From positions 39,803 through 103,802 of the forward strand of contig DATCZQ010000184.1 of NCBI GenBank assembly GCA_036525815.1: a stretch of DNA of 64,000 nt, in the 5' to 3' direction. Positions 1 to 11,330 of this stretch are shown one piece after another. Position 1 is the first letter of the stretch, and each line of letters begins with the position of its first letter. Origin of the DNA: Yeosuana sp. (GTDB lineage: Bacteria; Bacteroidota; Bacteroidia; Flavobacteriales; Flavobacteriaceae). The notes under the pieces were generated by a model, which was not told where the DNA came from, searched no databases, and was given only the letters and a program-made list of their open reading frames with translations. Both the position numbers and the translations under genes were made by a program.

Positions 1-205
1 AATATTTTAGTTCATTTTTTTAATATTGAACATCATAAAAAATTTAAATTAAAATATTATAAATCAAAGTTTTACGTACTATTAAAGTGTGATGAATTTA
101 AACTTAAATACTAAAGAATTGAATTATTAAAAGCGTAATAATTTAATTTCGAACTTTATTTTAATAAACATAAGAAGATAATGCTTTAAATTATCTAAAT
201 CTAGT

Positions 206-1885
206 ATGAATAAATTAAATAAGTATAGTAAAACAGTTACTCAAGATCCAACGCAACCTGCAGCACAAGCCATGTTGCATGCCATTGGATTAACGGAAGA
301 AGATTTTTATAAACCAATGATAGGTATTGCAAGTACAGGTTATGAGGGAAATCCCTGTAACATGCATTTGAATGATCTGGCCAAACTTGTCAAAAAAGGA
401 ACGCAAAATGAAGACATTGTTGGTCTGATTTTTAATACTATAGGTGTAAGTGATGGAATTTCTATGGGAACTCCAGGGATGCGTTACTCATTACCGTCTA
501 GAGATATTATTGCAGATTCTATGGAAACTGTAGTGCAAGCCATGAGTTATGATGGCTTAATTACAGTTGTGGGTTGTGATAAAAATATGCCAGGAGCCTT
601 AATGGCTATGATTAGGTTGAATAGACCGTCAATTTTGGTATATGGAGGCACCATTGATTCAGGCTGTCATGAAGGAAAGAAACTGGATGTCGTCTCCGCT
701 TTTGAAGCATGGGGTAGTAAAGTTGCTGGAACCATGAGCGAAACGGAATTTAAAAGTATTGTTCAAAAAGCCTGTCCAGGGGCTGGTGCTTGTGGTGGTA
801 TGTACACGGCAAATACAATGGCATCCGCAATAGAAGCCTTAGGAATGACTTTGCCATTTAATTCGTCTAATCCTGCGACAGGAGAAGAGAAAAAGTTAGA
901 ATCTGTAAAGGCAGGAGAGGCTATGCGTTTATTGCTTGAAAATGATATTAAACCTTCAGATATTATAACGAGAAAATCATTAGAAAATGCCATTCGTTTG
1001 GTAACTATATTAGGAGGTTCGACGAATGCTGTTTTACATTTTTTAGCAATAGCAAGAGCGGCCCAAATAGATTTCACTCTTAAGGATTTTCAAAATATTA
1101 GTGATAATACGCCCTTTTTAGCTGACTTAAAACCTAGCGGAAAGTATTTAATGGAAGATGTGCATGCTGTTGGAGGTATTCCAGCCGTTTTAAAATATTT
1201 ATTGAAGAAAGGATTATTGCATGGTGATTGTTTAACAGTCACAGGTAAAACCTTAGCTGAAAACTTATTGGACGTTGCAGATTTATCAGAAGGTCAAGAC
1301 GTTATCAAGCCTTTGGAAAATCCAATAAAAATTTCCGGGCACTTGCGCATGCTTTATGGTAATCTAGCTGAAGAAGGTAGCGTTGCTAAAATTACCGGAA
1401 AAGAAGGCCTTAGATTTCAAGGAAAAGCAAAAGTATTTGATGGCGAATATGCTGCAAATGATGGGATTAGAGATGGTAAGGTGAAAAAGGGAGATGTGGT
1501 GGTCATTCGTTATGAAGGACCTAAAGGAGGTCCTGGAATGCCAGAAATGTTAAAGCCTACGGCCGCTATTATGGGTGCTGGTCTAGGAAAAGAGGTGGCT
1601 CTTATTACAGACGGTCGTTTTTCTGGTGGAACCCACGGGTTTGTGGTGGGACATATCACGCCTGAAGCTCAAGAAGGGGGAACTATTGCGTTTGTTAAAG
1701 ACGGAGACACCATTACAATAGATGCTGAAACTAATTCAATTGTTCTGGAAGTGTCAGATTCAGAATTACAACAAAGAAAACAAAACTGGAAAGCACCAAA
1801 ATTAAAATTTGATCGTGGTGTGCTTTATAAATATGCAAGAACAGTCTCATCCGCCTCTAAAGGATGTGTGACTGATGAATTTTAA
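206..1885 (+). CDS. ilvD: dihydroxy-acid dehydratase
   Basis: 559 aa; motifs [52 protein letters not shown]. Confidence 0.97.
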   Translation: MNKLNKYSKTVTQDPTQPAAQAMLHAIGLTEEDFYKPMIGIASTGYEGNPCNMHLNDLAKLVKKGTQNEDIVGLIFNTIGVSDGISMGTPGMRYSLPSRDIIADSMETVVQAMSYDGLITVVGCDKNMPGALMAMIRLNRPSILVYGGTIDSGCHEGKKLDVVSAFEAWGSKVAGTMSETEFKSIVQKACPGAGACGGMYTANTMASAIEALGMTLPFNSSNPATGEEKKLESVKAGEAMRLLLENDIKPSDIITRKSLENAIRLVTILGGSTNAVLHFLAIARAAQIDFTLKDFQNISDNTPFLADLKPSGKYLMEDVHAVGGIPAVLKYLLKKGLLHGDCLTVTGKTLAENLLDVADLSEGQDVIKPLENPIKISGHLRMLYGNLAEEGSVAKITGKEGLRFQGKAKVFDGEYAANDGIRDGKVKKGDVVVIRYEGPKGGPGMPEMLKPTAAIMGAGLGKEVALITDGRFSGGTHGFVVGHITPEAQEGGTIAFVKDGDTITIDAETNSIVLEVSDSELQQRKQNWKAPKLKFDRGVLYKYARTVSSASKGCVTDEF

Positions 1886-1894
1886 GGAAGACTT

Positions 1895-3628
1895 ATGAAT
1901 ACAGAAACAGAAAATAAAACTAAAGAATTGGCTCAAAAAACCGAACGAATTACGGGAAGCGAAGCCATTATAAGATGCTTAATTGAAGAAGGGGTCGATA
2001 TTCTTTATGGATACCCCGGTGGCGCTATCATGCCTGTGTATGATGAGTTATATAAATTTAGAGATAGAATTCATCACGTGCTTACACGCCATGAACAAGG
2101 CGCAACGCATGCCGCTCAGGGTTATGCTCGCATTTCTGGAAGAGTTGGTGTTGCTATGGCGACATCAGGTCCGGGTGCGACTAATTTAATTACAGGTATA
2201 GCAGATGCGCAAATTGATTCGACGCCTTTGGTGTGTATAACTGGTCAGGTTTCTTCTCATTTATTAGGAAGTGATGCCTTTCAGGAAACTGATATTGTGG
2301 GTATATCTACTCCAGTAACAAAATGGAACCATCAAGTAACCAAAGCTTCTGAGATACCTGAAGTCATAGCAAAGGCTTTTTATATTGCTAAAAGCGGAAG
2401 GCCAGGACCAGTGTTAATTGATATTACAAAAGATGCTCAATTTGAGGAATTGGATTTTTCATATAAGAAATGTGCTGGAATAAGAAGTTATAGTCCAATA
2501 CCTAAAATCAATATAAATACAATTGAAGCAGCGGCCTCTTTAATAAATCAGGCTAAAAAGCCTATGATTGTATGGGGTCAGGGGGTTATATTAGGTAAAG
2601 CAGAGGCTGAATTAAAAGCCGTTATTGAAAAAGCAGGTATACCGTCTGCCTGGACCATTTTAGGAGCTTCGGCCTTACCAACATCGCATCCGCTTAATAT
2701 AGGCATGGTTGGTATGCACGGTAATTATGCACCAAACAGATTAACGAATGAATGTGATGTCCTTATTGCTATTGGGATGCGTTTTGATGACCGCGTTACA
2801 GGTAATTTAAGCACCTACGCAAAACAAGCCAAGATTATTCATTTTGAAATTGATCCGGCTGAGGTTGATAAAAATGTTAAAACTGATATTGCCGTTTTAG
2901 GTGATTCCAAAGTTAGTTTAGCGGCTATTTTACCTCTTTTAAATGCTAAATCTCATTCTGAATGGCTTCAAGAATTTAAAGATTTATATGATATTGAATT
3001 TGAAAAGGTAATAAAAAATGACCTGCATCCAACCAAAGAAGGTTTAACCATGGGTGAAGTGCTAAATGAAATTAATCTTCAAACTAAGGGGAATGCGGCT
3101 ATTGTTTCTGATGTTGGTCAACATCAAATGATTGCTTGTCGATATGCCGATTTCAACATTTCAAAAAGTAATATTACTTCTGGTGGATTAGGAACTATGG
3201 GCTTTGCGCTTCCTGCAGCTATCGGTGCCAAAATGGCGGCGCCGGATAGAGAAGTAATTGCGATTATCGGGGACGGCGGTTTTCAAATGACCATTCAAGA
3301 GTTAGGGACTATTTTTCAGCAAAAAACACCTGTTAAAATAGTGGTTTTAAATAATGGGTTTTTAGGAATGGTTCGCCAATGGCAACAATTGTTTTTTGAT
3401 AAGCGATATGCTTCTACAGAAATGACAAATCCAGATTTTGTCGCTATTGCTAAAGGTTATTACATAGAAGCCAAACGAGTTAAAAAAAGAGAAGAATTAG
3501 CGGAGGCCGTTAAAGAAATGATTGCCTCAAAAGAGGCTTATTTTCTTGAAGTTTGTGTTGAAAAGGAAGATAATGTATTTCCAATGATCCCGTCAGGAGC
3601 TTCTGTTTCAGAGATTAGATTAAGTTAA
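1895..3628 (+). CDS. ilvB: acetolactate synthase large subunit
   Basis: 577 aa; GYPGGA, RHEQGA, TSGPGATN, ThDP-binding GDGGFQM...LNN. Confidence 0.96.
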   Translation: MNTETENKTKELAQKTERITGSEAIIRCLIEEGVDILYGYPGGAIMPVYDELYKFRDRIHHVLTRHEQGATHAAQGYARISGRVGVAMATSGPGATNLITGIADAQIDSTPLVCITGQVSSHLLGSDAFQETDIVGISTPVTKWNHQVTKASEIPEVIAKAFYIAKSGRPGPVLIDITKDAQFEELDFSYKKCAGIRSYSPIPKININTIEAAASLINQAKKPMIVWGQGVILGKAEAELKAVIEKAGIPSAWTILGASALPTSHPLNIGMVGMHGNYAPNRLTNECDVLIAIGMRFDDRVTGNLSTYAKQAKIIHFEIDPAEVDKNVKTDIAVLGDSKVSLAAILPLLNAKSHSEWLQEFKDLYDIEFEKVIKNDLHPTKEGLTMGEVLNEINLQTKGNAAIVSDVGQHQMIACRYADFNISKSNITSGGLGTMGFALPAAIGAKMAAPDREVIAIIGDGGFQMTIQELGTIFQQKTPVKIVVLNNGFLGMVRQWQQLFFDKRYASTEMTNPDFVAIAKGYYIEAKRVKKREELAEAVKEMIASKEAYFLEVCVEKEDNVFPMIPSGASVSEIRLS

Positions 3629-3646
3629 GTTTTTAGAAAGAAAAAA

Positions 3647-4180
3647 ATGAACGAAGAAATAAAATCATTCACCATATCAGTTTATACCGAGAATAATATC
3701 GGGTTATTAAATAGAATATCGGCCATTTTTCAGCGCAGGCATATGAACATTGAAAGTTTAACAACCTCTCAGTCAGAAATTGAAGGTGTAAACAGGTTCG
3801 TTATTGTGGTTAATATCACTGAAAATCAAGCTAGAAAAGTGGTGAAACAAATAGAAAAGCAGGTCGAAACGATTCGAGCGTATTATCACACAGATGAAGA
3901 GACTATATATACTGAGTCTTGTATGTTCAAAATAAAATCTTCTTTACTATTTGAAGAACCTCAAATTCAAAATATTATTAAAGATAGTAATTCACAGATT
4001 GTGACTGTAAACAAAGAGTTTTTTGTATTAGAAAAATCAGGCAGACGCCATGAAATTGAATCGCTTCGCAGAGATTTAAATGTATTTGGAATCATGCAGT
4101 TTGTGCGTTCAGGTAGAATAGCAGTAACAAAAAGTGAAATGAAAATAACAGAAATGCTTTTGGCATTCAATAATCAATAA
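3647..4180 (+). CDS. ilvN: acetolactate synthase small (regulatory, ACT) subunit
   Basis: 177 aa; ENNIGLLNRISAIF..R..NIESL and RSGRIA; follows ilvB. Confidence 0.93.
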   Translation: MNEEIKSFTISVYTENNIGLLNRISAIFQRRHMNIESLTTSQSEIEGVNRFVIVVNITENQARKVVKQIEKQVETIRAYYHTDEETIYTESCMFKIKSSLLFEEPQIQNIIKDSNSQIVTVNKEFFVLEKSGRRHEIESLRRDLNVFGIMQFVRSGRIAVTKSEMKITEMLLAFNNQ

Positions 4181-4189
4181 AAACAAGAA

Positions 4190-5665
4190 ATGGGAAATTA
4201 CTTTAACACACTGTCGTTAAGAGATAAATTAAATCAATTGTCAAAGTGCAGATTTATGGATACTTCAGAATTTGAAGATGGTGTAAATGTTTTATTAGGA
4301 AAAAAAATTGTCATAGTTGGTTGCGGGGCACAAGGCCTAAATCAAGGGCTCAATATGAGAGATTCTGGTTTAGATATATCTTATACTTTGCGTGAGGCTG
4401 CTATAAAGGAGAAAAGAGCATCTTATGTAAATGCCACCAATAATGGCTTTAAGGTAGGAACTTATGAAGAATTGATTCCATCAGCTGATTTAGTGTTAAA
4501 CTTAACTCCAGATAAACAACATACCAGTGTTATAAAAGCGATCATGCCTTTAATGAAAAAGGGTGCAACCTTGTCCTATTCTCACGGCTTTAATATTGTG
4601 GAAGAAGGCACCCAAATACGTAAAGATCTTACGGTTATTATGGTAGCGCCAAAATGTCCGGGTACGGAAGTAAGAGAAGAATATAAAAGAGGTTTTGGAG
4701 TGCCAACATTAATAGCTGTTCATGAAGAAAATGATCCAGAAGGTAAAGGATGGGCGCAAGCTAAGGCTTATGCTTCAGCTACTGGAGGCGATAGAGCCGG
4801 TGTTTTAGCATCTTCATTTGTAGCCGAGGTAAAAAGTGATTTGATGGGAGAACAAACCATACTTTGCGGTTTGTTGCAAACAGGATCAATCCTTTGTTTT
4901 AATAAGATGATTGAAAAAGGAATAGATGCTGGGTATGCTTCCAAATTAATCCAATATGGTTGGGAAACAATTACTGAAGGTTTAAAATATGGAGGTATTA
5001 CCAATATGATGGATCGTTTGTCTAATCCAGCAAAAATTAAAGCATTTGAATTGTCTGAAGAATTAAAAGATATTATGCGTCCACTATTCCAAAAGCATAT
5101 GGATGATATTATGGAAGGAAACTTTTCAAAAGGAATGATGGAAGATTGGGCTAATGATGATAAAAAATTGTTAACCTGGAGAGCTGCAACAGCAGAAACT
5201 GCTTTTGAAAAAACACCAGCGGGTAATGTAAAAATTTCAGAACAAGAATATTACGATCATGGGGTTTTAATGGTGGCTATGGTAAGAGCCGGAGTAGAAT
5301 TGGCATTTGAAGCTATGACGGAGTCAGGAATTATTGATGAATCTGCCTATTATGAGTCTTTACACGAAACACCGCTAATTGCAAATACCATTGCAAGACG
5401 TAAATTATATGAAATGAATAGTGTGATTTCTGATACGGCTGAATATGGTTGTTATTTATTTGACCATGCCTGTAAACCATTATTATCAGATTTTATGAAG
5501 AAGATAGATACTGATGTTATAGGAAAGGCTTATTCAAAAGATAATGGAAAAGGTGTTGATAATGCTAAATTAATTGAAGTGAATAAAACGTTAAGAGAAC
5601 ATCCAGTTGAAAAAATAGGAACCTTTTTAAGGGCTTCAATGAAGGCAATGAAACCCATTATATAG
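4190..5665 (+). CDS. ilvC: ketol-acid reductoisomerase, long (class II) form
   Basis: 491 aa; [33 protein letters not shown]. Confidence 0.97.
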   Translation: MGNYFNTLSLRDKLNQLSKCRFMDTSEFEDGVNVLLGKKIVIVGCGAQGLNQGLNMRDSGLDISYTLREAAIKEKRASYVNATNNGFKVGTYEELIPSADLVLNLTPDKQHTSVIKAIMPLMKKGATLSYSHGFNIVEEGTQIRKDLTVIMVAPKCPGTEVREEYKRGFGVPTLIAVHEENDPEGKGWAQAKAYASATGGDRAGVLASSFVAEVKSDLMGEQTILCGLLQTGSILCFNKMIEKGIDAGYASKLIQYGWETITEGLKYGGITNMMDRLSNPAKIKAFELSEELKDIMRPLFQKHMDDIMEGNFSKGMMEDWANDDKKLLTWRAATAETAFEKTPAGNVKISEQEYYDHGVLMVAMVRAGVELAFEAMTESGIIDESAYYESLHETPLIANTIARRKLYEMNSVISDTAEYGCYLFDHACKPLLSDFMKKIDTDVIGKAYSKDNGKGVDNAKLIEVNKTLREHPVEKIGTFLRASMKAMKPII

Positions 5666-5716
5666 TTAATATTATTATGAAAAGGTAGGTTACCTTTGTT
5701 GTATAATTAGTCATAT

Positions 5717-5759
5717 TATAAAAGTCGAAACACCTTAAACGTTTCGACTTTTGTATTTT
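5717..5759 (+). terminator. intrinsic terminator after ilvC
   Basis: 12-bp perfect stem AAAAGTCGAAAC/GTTTCGACTTTT with 9-nt loop, followed by a T-rich tract. Confidence 0.85.
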
Positions 5760-5797
5760 GTGAAGTTTTATATAAATAGAGTATTTAACTATTGTTA

Positions 5798-5815
5798 AAC
5801 GAAAACGTTTTCGTT
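5798..5815. promoter_or_regulatory. perfect 18-bp palindrome, putative LacI-family operator upstream of gapN
   Basis: AACGAAAAC|GTTTTCGTT with central CG; AAAACGTTTT core is typical of LacI-family sites. Confidence 0.6.
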
Positions 5816-5946
5816 GTAAGTTATTTGTTTTCAATTGATTAAATGCTTGAAAACACTTTATTATTTCAAGATTTTTCATTTTTAAAATGACATCTGAAAT
5901 AAAATATAAGTATATTAGCTCGAAGTAATTAATTCATTTGTATTCT

Positions 5947-7539
5947 ATGAAAACATCCTTTTCTGACATTCCCGAAGCCTATAAAATAAATGCTCCTTTA
6001 CATCAAAATACTTATTTGGTATCAGGAGAATTAAAAAAATGGGAAGGAGAATCGTCCAATGTATACTCTACAATTTCATCGACAGAAACCTATAAGCCAA
6101 CATGGTTAGGGAGTATTCCAAACCAAGGCAAACAAGAAGCTCTGGAAGCCTTGGAATCTGCCTGCTTGGCGTATGATAAGGGGCAAGGGTTATGGCCAAC
6201 TATGAAAGTTTCTGACCGTATCAAGTGTATGGAGACTTTTGTTGAAATGATGAAAACCAAGCGTGAAGAGGTTGTAAAGTTATTGATGTGGGAAATAGGC
6301 AAGAATTTACCAGATTCACAAAAGGAATTTGATAGAACGGTTGATTATATCTATGATACTATTGAGGACTACAAGAAAATGGATCGGGATAGTGCTAAAT
6401 TTATTAAGAGCGATGGTATTTATGCGCATATCAGACGTGGTCCACTTGGTGTTGTTTTGTGTTTAGGTCCTTATAATTATCCGCTTAACGAAACTTTTTG
6501 CTTATTAATACCGGCCTTAATTATGGGTAACACGGCTATTTTTAAACCAGCAAAACATGGCGTATTACTTATAACACCACTTTTAGAAGCTTTTCAAAAA
6601 AGCTTTCCGAAAGGGGTCGTTAATATTATTTTTGGCAGAGGTAGAGCAGTGGCCTCTCCCATTATGGAATCAGGAAGAGTAGATGTTTTGGCCTTAATAG
6701 GTAACAGTACCTCGGCTAATGCTTTACAAACAATCCATCCAAAGAAGAACAGATTAAGATTAGTTTTAGGTTTAGAGGCTAAAAACCCAGGGATTGTGTT
6801 GCCAGATGCTGATTTGGATTTAGCTATTGATGAATGTATTGCAGGAACCTTGTCTTTTAATGGTCAGCGTTGCACCGCACTCAAAGTGTTATACGTCCAT
6901 AAGAATATTATTGAGGAGTTCAATAGGCGGTTTTCATTGCGCGTTGATGCTTTGAAATTTGGAAATCCGTGGGAACCAGGTGTAAAATTAACACCGCTTC
7001 CCGAAAAGGATAAACCAGCTTATATCAAAGAATTAATAGATGATGCTAAAAATTTGGGGGCAAAAATCATTAATGAAAAAGGAGGACAAATAACTGAGAA
7101 TTACATTTTCCCCGCCGTTTTGTATCCAGTCAATAAGTCCATGCGGGTTTTTAAAGAAGAGCAATTCGGTCCAATAATTCCAATTTTACCTTTTACTGAT
7201 ATAGCGGAACCATTAGATGATATGGCTGAATCAAATTATGGTCAGCAGGTAAGTGTTTTTGGTAAAGATGTAAAAAAGTTAGCGCCTTTAATCGATACTT
7301 TGGTCAATCTAGTATGTCGTGTTAACTTAAACAGCTCTTGTCAGAGAGGTCCAGATGTCTATCCATTTACAGGAAGAAAAGATTCAGCCTTTAGTACATT
7401 GAGCGTTCATGATGCGCTTCGTTCATTCTCAATAAGAACTTTTGTGGCTTCAAAGGACAATGATTATAATAATGCCATTCTAAAGGAGCTTTTAAACAAG
7501 AAAGCGTCTAATTTCATTAGTACAGATTATATTTTATAA
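5947..7539 (+). CDS. gapN: non-phosphorylating NADP-dependent glyceraldehyde-3-phosphate dehydrogenase (ALDH superfamily)
   Basis: ALDH motifs GPYNYP, FKPAK, GLEAKN, catalytic GQRCTA, EEQFGP; ATG at 5947 preferred over TTG at 5938. Confidence 0.8.
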   Translation: MKTSFSDIPEAYKINAPLHQNTYLVSGELKKWEGESSNVYSTISSTETYKPTWLGSIPNQGKQEALEALESACLAYDKGQGLWPTMKVSDRIKCMETFVEMMKTKREEVVKLLMWEIGKNLPDSQKEFDRTVDYIYDTIEDYKKMDRDSAKFIKSDGIYAHIRRGPLGVVLCLGPYNYPLNETFCLLIPALIMGNTAIFKPAKHGVLLITPLLEAFQKSFPKGVVNIIFGRGRAVASPIMESGRVDVLALIGNSTSANALQTIHPKKNRLRLVLGLEAKNPGIVLPDADLDLAIDECIAGTLSFNGQRCTALKVLYVHKNIIEEFNRRFSLRVDALKFGNPWEPGVKLTPLPEKDKPAYIKELIDDAKNLGAKIINEKGGQITENYIFPAVLYPVNKSMRVFKEEQFGPIIPILPFTDIAEPLDDMAESNYGQQVSVFGKDVKKLAPLIDTLVNLVCRVNLNSSCQRGPDVYPFTGRKDSAFSTLSVHDALRSFSIRTFVASKDNDYNNAILKELLNKKASNFISTDYIL

Positions 7540-7601
7540 ATTAAAATTAGTGAAATAAGTGAGTTTTTTTTTATTTTAGGCGGAATTATAAATGATCCCT
7601 T

Positions 7602-8123
7602 ATGAAAATGATTAGAATTCAATTATTAGTTCTTTTATCGGCTACAATACTATTTAATTGTGGAGGAAAAGAAGAAAAGAAAAAGCAAGGGTTTTCATAT
7701 GAAAAGTCAAGTGCACAGGAAAACTCTGAAGCAAAAAAGCTTGATGCCAATGTGGCTAATATAGTATTAACTGCTAACGATATGATGCAGTTTAATATTA
7801 AAGAAATAAAGGTTAAAGCGGGGCAAAGGGTAAGACTCACCTTAAGGCATATAGGTACATTAGATGTTAATATAATGGGACATAATTTCGTGCTCTTAAA
7901 ACAAGGCGCTGATTTAGTAGCTTTTGCCACCGCTGCAGCAACTCAAAAAGAAAATAAGTATTTACCTATAGATACCGAAGATGTCATTGCTCATACGGAC
8001 ATCATTGGAGGAGGTCAAGTTGCTACCATAGAATTTGAGGCACCTGCTGTTGGTGCTTATGAGTTTCTATGCAGCTTTCCGGCACATTATGCCATGATGC
8101 GAGGTCAATTTATAGTTGAGTAA
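7602..8123 (+). CDS. azu: azurin-like blue copper lipoprotein
   Basis: lipobox (ILFNC); type-1 copper ligands in MGHNFV and FLCSFPAHYAMM (His, Cys, His, Met). Confidence 0.92.
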   Translation: MKMIRIQLLVLLSATILFNCGGKEEKKKQGFSYEKSSAQENSEAKKLDANVANIVLTANDMMQFNIKEIKVKAGQRVRLTLRHIGTLDVNIMGHNFVLLKQGADLVAFATAAATQKENKYLPIDTEDVIAHTDIIGGGQVATIEFEAPAVGAYEFLCSFPAHYAMMRGQFIVE

Positions 8124-8138
8124 CAATAAGTATTAATA

Positions 8139-9590
8139 TTATTCTAGTTTCCAGCCTTCTCTATAAGTTCGTTTTACGAATTGATTAGCATGTTCAAAAT
8201 TGGTTATTTTCATATTAGTAGCATCCCAAAGTAATTTTTTACGGCCTGGATATTCAAAACTATTACCAGTTTTTTTTCTTAGGTTATGACTTCTTATAGC
8301 TAAATTACCCATTAAAACGGATTCTGTAAGTGGCCCTGCAAAATCAAAAGAAGAAGTTAATTGCTTGTGTTTTTCACTGCCATATCCCTCTTTACAGGCT
8401 TCAGCCCATTTAGCTTGATGACCATTTTCAGGTAATGAGTTCGTGTTATCATCCTCTTCAAAATTTGCTTTTATAATTTCTCCTGTATTGAGATATATCT
8501 TAGGGTTTAGGCCATAAGTTCCACAAGTCATAATACCTTTATCTCCAATCATAATAACTCCATTGGTGCTGTTTTCGTCACCAATAGGGTAATCTGCTGG
8601 AATCAATTCTGGATGAAATGGACGTAAACCGCCATCAGTCCAGTTTAGCTTTACATCTGAGGGATTTTTTTCTGTAGCTGAAAATTTTAGTTGCGTTCTT
8701 GATGATGGCGGACAAGATTCAGGATAATAATCTGGTGTCCAGTCTTGAGTGAAGATGGATCCAACGCTACTTTCAACCTCAGTTGGATATCCTAACCCTA
8801 AAACTCTGTAAGGTGGATCCATTAAATGACATCCCATATCGCCAAGGGCTCCCGTTCCAAAATTCCACCAGCCGCGCCATTTAAATGGATGATATAAGGG
8901 GTTATAATCCACCCATTCCGCTGGTCCTATCCATGTATCCCAATCTAATCCATCCAAAATAGTTGGTTTATCAGTTGGAGTCTTAATACCTTGAGGCCAA
9001 ACAGGTCTGTTTGTCCAAACTTCTACAAGATTTACGGTTCCTATCATTCCAGAATTAAACCAGTTAATCATGGTTCGAACACCTTGTCCTGAGGCTCCTT
9101 GGTTACCCATTTGGGTGACTATCTGGTATTTGTTGGCCGCTTCCGTGAGTACGCGGGCTTCATAAATATTATGAGTTAATGGCTTTTGTACGTAAACATG
9201 TTTGTTTAATTGCATGGCGGCCAAAGTAATAACGGCATGTGTGTGATCAGGAGTAGATACTGTTATGGCATCAATGTCTTTAATTTCGTCTAAAAGAATT
9301 CTGTAATCTTTAAACTTTTTAGCTTTCGGAAAAAACGAGAAAGTGCGGTTAGCGCTATTCCAGTCTACATCACAAATAGCAGTAATATTTGAAGCCCCTT
9401 TATTGTAAACATTTACAGCATCACTATAACCTTTGCCACCAGCCCCAACAATGGCGATATTTAATTTATCACTTGGCGGAATAAACCCTCTTCCCATGAC
9501 GTGTCTAGGTATAATGGAAATCCCAAGTGCTGTTAAGGATGATTTTTTAATAAATGAACGTCTGCTATTGGGATTGCTATTTTTTTTCAT
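8139..9590 (-). CDS. Gfo/Idh/MocA-family NAD-dependent oxidoreductase with twin-arginine signal
   Basis: SRRSFIKK Tat-like motif; VGAGGKG, STPDHTH, YVQKPL, GALGDMGCH; ATG at 9590 preferred over the track start at 9629. Confidence 0.9.
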   Translation of the reverse strand: MKKNSNPNSRRSFIKKSSLTALGISIIPRHVMGRGFIPPSDKLNIAIVGAGGKGYSDAVNVYNKGASNITAICDVDWNSANRTFSFFPKAKKFKDYRILLDEIKDIDAITVSTPDHTHAVITLAAMQLNKHVYVQKPLTHNIYEARVLTEAANKYQIVTQMGNQGASGQGVRTMINWFNSGMIGTVNLVEVWTNRPVWPQGIKTPTDKPTILDGLDWDTWIGPAEWVDYNPLYHPFKWRGWWNFGTGALGDMGCHLMDPPYRVLGLGYPTEVESSVGSIFTQDWTPDYYPESCPPSSRTQLKFSATEKNPSDVKLNWTDGGLRPFHPELIPADYPIGDENSTNGVIMIGDKGIMTCGTYGLNPKIYLNTGEIIKANFEEDDNTNSLPENGHQAKWAEACKEGYGSEKHKQLTSSFDFAGPLTESVLMGNLAIRSHNLRKKTGNSFEYPGRKKLLWDATNMKITNFEHANQFVKRTYREGWKLE

Positions 9591-9597
9591 GATTTTT

Positions 9598-10527
9598 TTA
9601 AAAATTATCAGAAATTTTATAAGCTTCAATCACTTTTAACTCACCTTCTATACCATTTATTGAGTTGCCGTGCTCCATTCCTAAAATACCTTTATATCCC
9701 TTAGAGTGAATAAGTTTAAAAATATTATTGTAATTTATTTCGCCCGTTGTTGGTTCTTTACGGCCTGGATTGTCACCAATTTGTAAATAGGCAATTTCAT
9801 CCCAACAACTATCAATATTTGGAATTAAGTTTCCTTCCTGTATTTGTTGGTGGTAAATGTCGAATAGTATTTTACAAGAGGGAGAATTAACGGCTTTGCA
9901 TATTTGGTATGCTTGTGGTGAACGACTTAGAAACATACCAGGATGGTTTCTGAAATTTAAAGGTTCCAATACCATGGTTAGTTCATGTGGTTCTAAAATG
10001 GCAGAGGCTTGTTTTAGTGTTTCGATAACATTTTGGGTTTGAAAGTCCATGTTTAAACTTAAGGCTACAAATCCAGGAACAACAGTCATCCATCTAGCAT
10101 TGATGCGTTTTGCCACTTCTACGGATTCTTTAATCTCTTTTAAAAAAGTTTCACGGATATCTATCTTACCTGTAGTAAGGGTAGGTTCATTCCAGTAAAT
10201 GGTGTGTGCCACAAAAACACCCATTTTCATACCTCTATCTAACATGGTTTTTGCAATTTCTTCTTGTGTTTTAATAGAACGATTTTTCATGTTGTTGTCT
10301 TCAAACGCTCTAAAACCTTGATCGGCCATGAAGTTTAATTGATTGATAGGATCGTCACCAGCGTGATTTTTAAACATGCCTAAATGTGGTGCATAATTTA
10401 ATTTAAAAGAATTCATTGTTGAATTTTGAATCTTATATCGCGAATTAATGGCGTTTATACCCGTAAATCCTAAGCCCAAAAAGGAAACTGCTGCTGCACT
10501 ATTTTTTACAAATAATCGTCTTTGCAT
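9598..10527 (-). CDS. hydroxypyruvate isomerase-like (xylose isomerase/AP2Ec TIM barrel) protein with Tat signal
   Basis: MQRRLFVK; LEPLN, ILFDIYHQQIQEG, GDNPGRKEPTTGEINY, GMEH. Confidence 0.85.
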   Translation of the reverse strand: MQRRLFVKNSAAAVSFLGLGFTGINAINSRYKIQNSTMNSFKLNYAPHLGMFKNHAGDDPINQLNFMADQGFRAFEDNNMKNRSIKTQEEIAKTMLDRGMKMGVFVAHTIYWNEPTLTTGKIDIRETFLKEIKESVEVAKRINARWMTVVPGFVALSLNMDFQTQNVIETLKQASAILEPHELTMVLEPLNFRNHPGMFLSRSPQAYQICKAVNSPSCKILFDIYHQQIQEGNLIPNIDSCWDEIAYLQIGDNPGRKEPTTGEINYNNIFKLIHSKGYKGILGMEHGNSINGIEGELKVIEAYKISDNF

Positions 10528-10543
10528 TTTGAAAGAAATAAGT

Positions 10544-11308
10544 TTATAATTCTAAAATCTCAATATTTTTAAATTCTATGGGATGACTTTCACTTTGTAG
10601 TGAGATATAACCACTCTTTACGGGATTACCTTCTTTAAATACGGTATTGAATTGACCGCCAAAAATTGGTTTTGAGTATGATATAACCTTTAAGCCATTA
10701 ATTTTATGACTTATTAATGAATCATGATGTACTTCTATTTCAACATCAATCCATTCATCACCATAAAAAGTAGGACTTGATGATGGTATGCAATGTTCAG
10801 TAACCATTTGATTATTCATATTAACATGCATTCCAGGCGTGCATAAATTTCCGGTTGGACGTTCAATTTGTTCTATAACACCACCTAATAATTGTACTTC
10901 AAGTGAAACAGGGAAATTCTGATTTAATTCCATGCTTTCTGGTGATTGAGAGTGAATCATGATACCACTGTTTTTCTTTGCCCATTCTTGTCCGCCTTTA
11001 GCTTGTTTTCCAACAAATCTATATTGTAGTTTTAAAATATAATTTGAAAAAGGCTTTTCATAAAAAATATGACCGAATGATTCTCCGAAATCTTCATAAC
11101 TATCGTATAAAACTTTTAAAAGACCGTCTTCAACTCTAAAAGTATTGTGAATATTTTCTCCTAGAGGATACCCCTTAATTTTTACTACCCAGCCAGTTAA
11201 ATCTTTACCATTAAATAATTGAATCCAATTTTCAGTATCATTCTTTTGGCAAAAACTTAAAAGCGGGAAACATAGAATAAAAACCAGTAAATTTTGGATA
11301 AGACGCAT
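10544..11308 (-). CDS. DUF1080 (3-ketoglycoside hydratase/hydrolase family) secreted protein
   Basis: signal peptide; LFNGKDLTGW, NSGIM, LEVQL, GYISLQSESHPIEFKNI. Confidence 0.88.
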   Translation of the reverse strand: MRLIQNLLVFILCFPLLSFCQKNDTENWIQLFNGKDLTGWVVKIKGYPLGENIHNTFRVEDGLLKVLYDSYEDFGESFGHIFYEKPFSNYILKLQYRFVGKQAKGGQEWAKKNSGIMIHSQSPESMELNQNFPVSLEVQLLGGVIEQIERPTGNLCTPGMHVNMNNQMVTEHCIPSSSPTFYGDEWIDVEIEVHHDSLISHKINGLKVISYSKPIFGGQFNTVFKEGNPVKSGYISLQSESHPIEFKNIEILEL

Positions 11309-11330
11309 CAATTGATTTTTTTTTGAAATT

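Noticed and set aside
92-130. Short ORF MNLNLNTKELNY upstream of ilvD as a possible ilv leader peptide
   Set aside because: Only three scattered Leu codons (TTA/TTG, expected in AT-rich DNA), no Ile or Val, no tandem control codons and no terminator hairpin before ilvD.
5681-5698. AAAGGTA-GGT-TACCTTT inverted repeat containing a TACCTTTG -7 match, which could drive a roughly 55-nt RNA ending at the ilvC terminator
   Set aside because: No TTTG -33 element at the right spacing and only a 3-nt loop; not distinguishable from a chance match in the ilvC 3' UTR.
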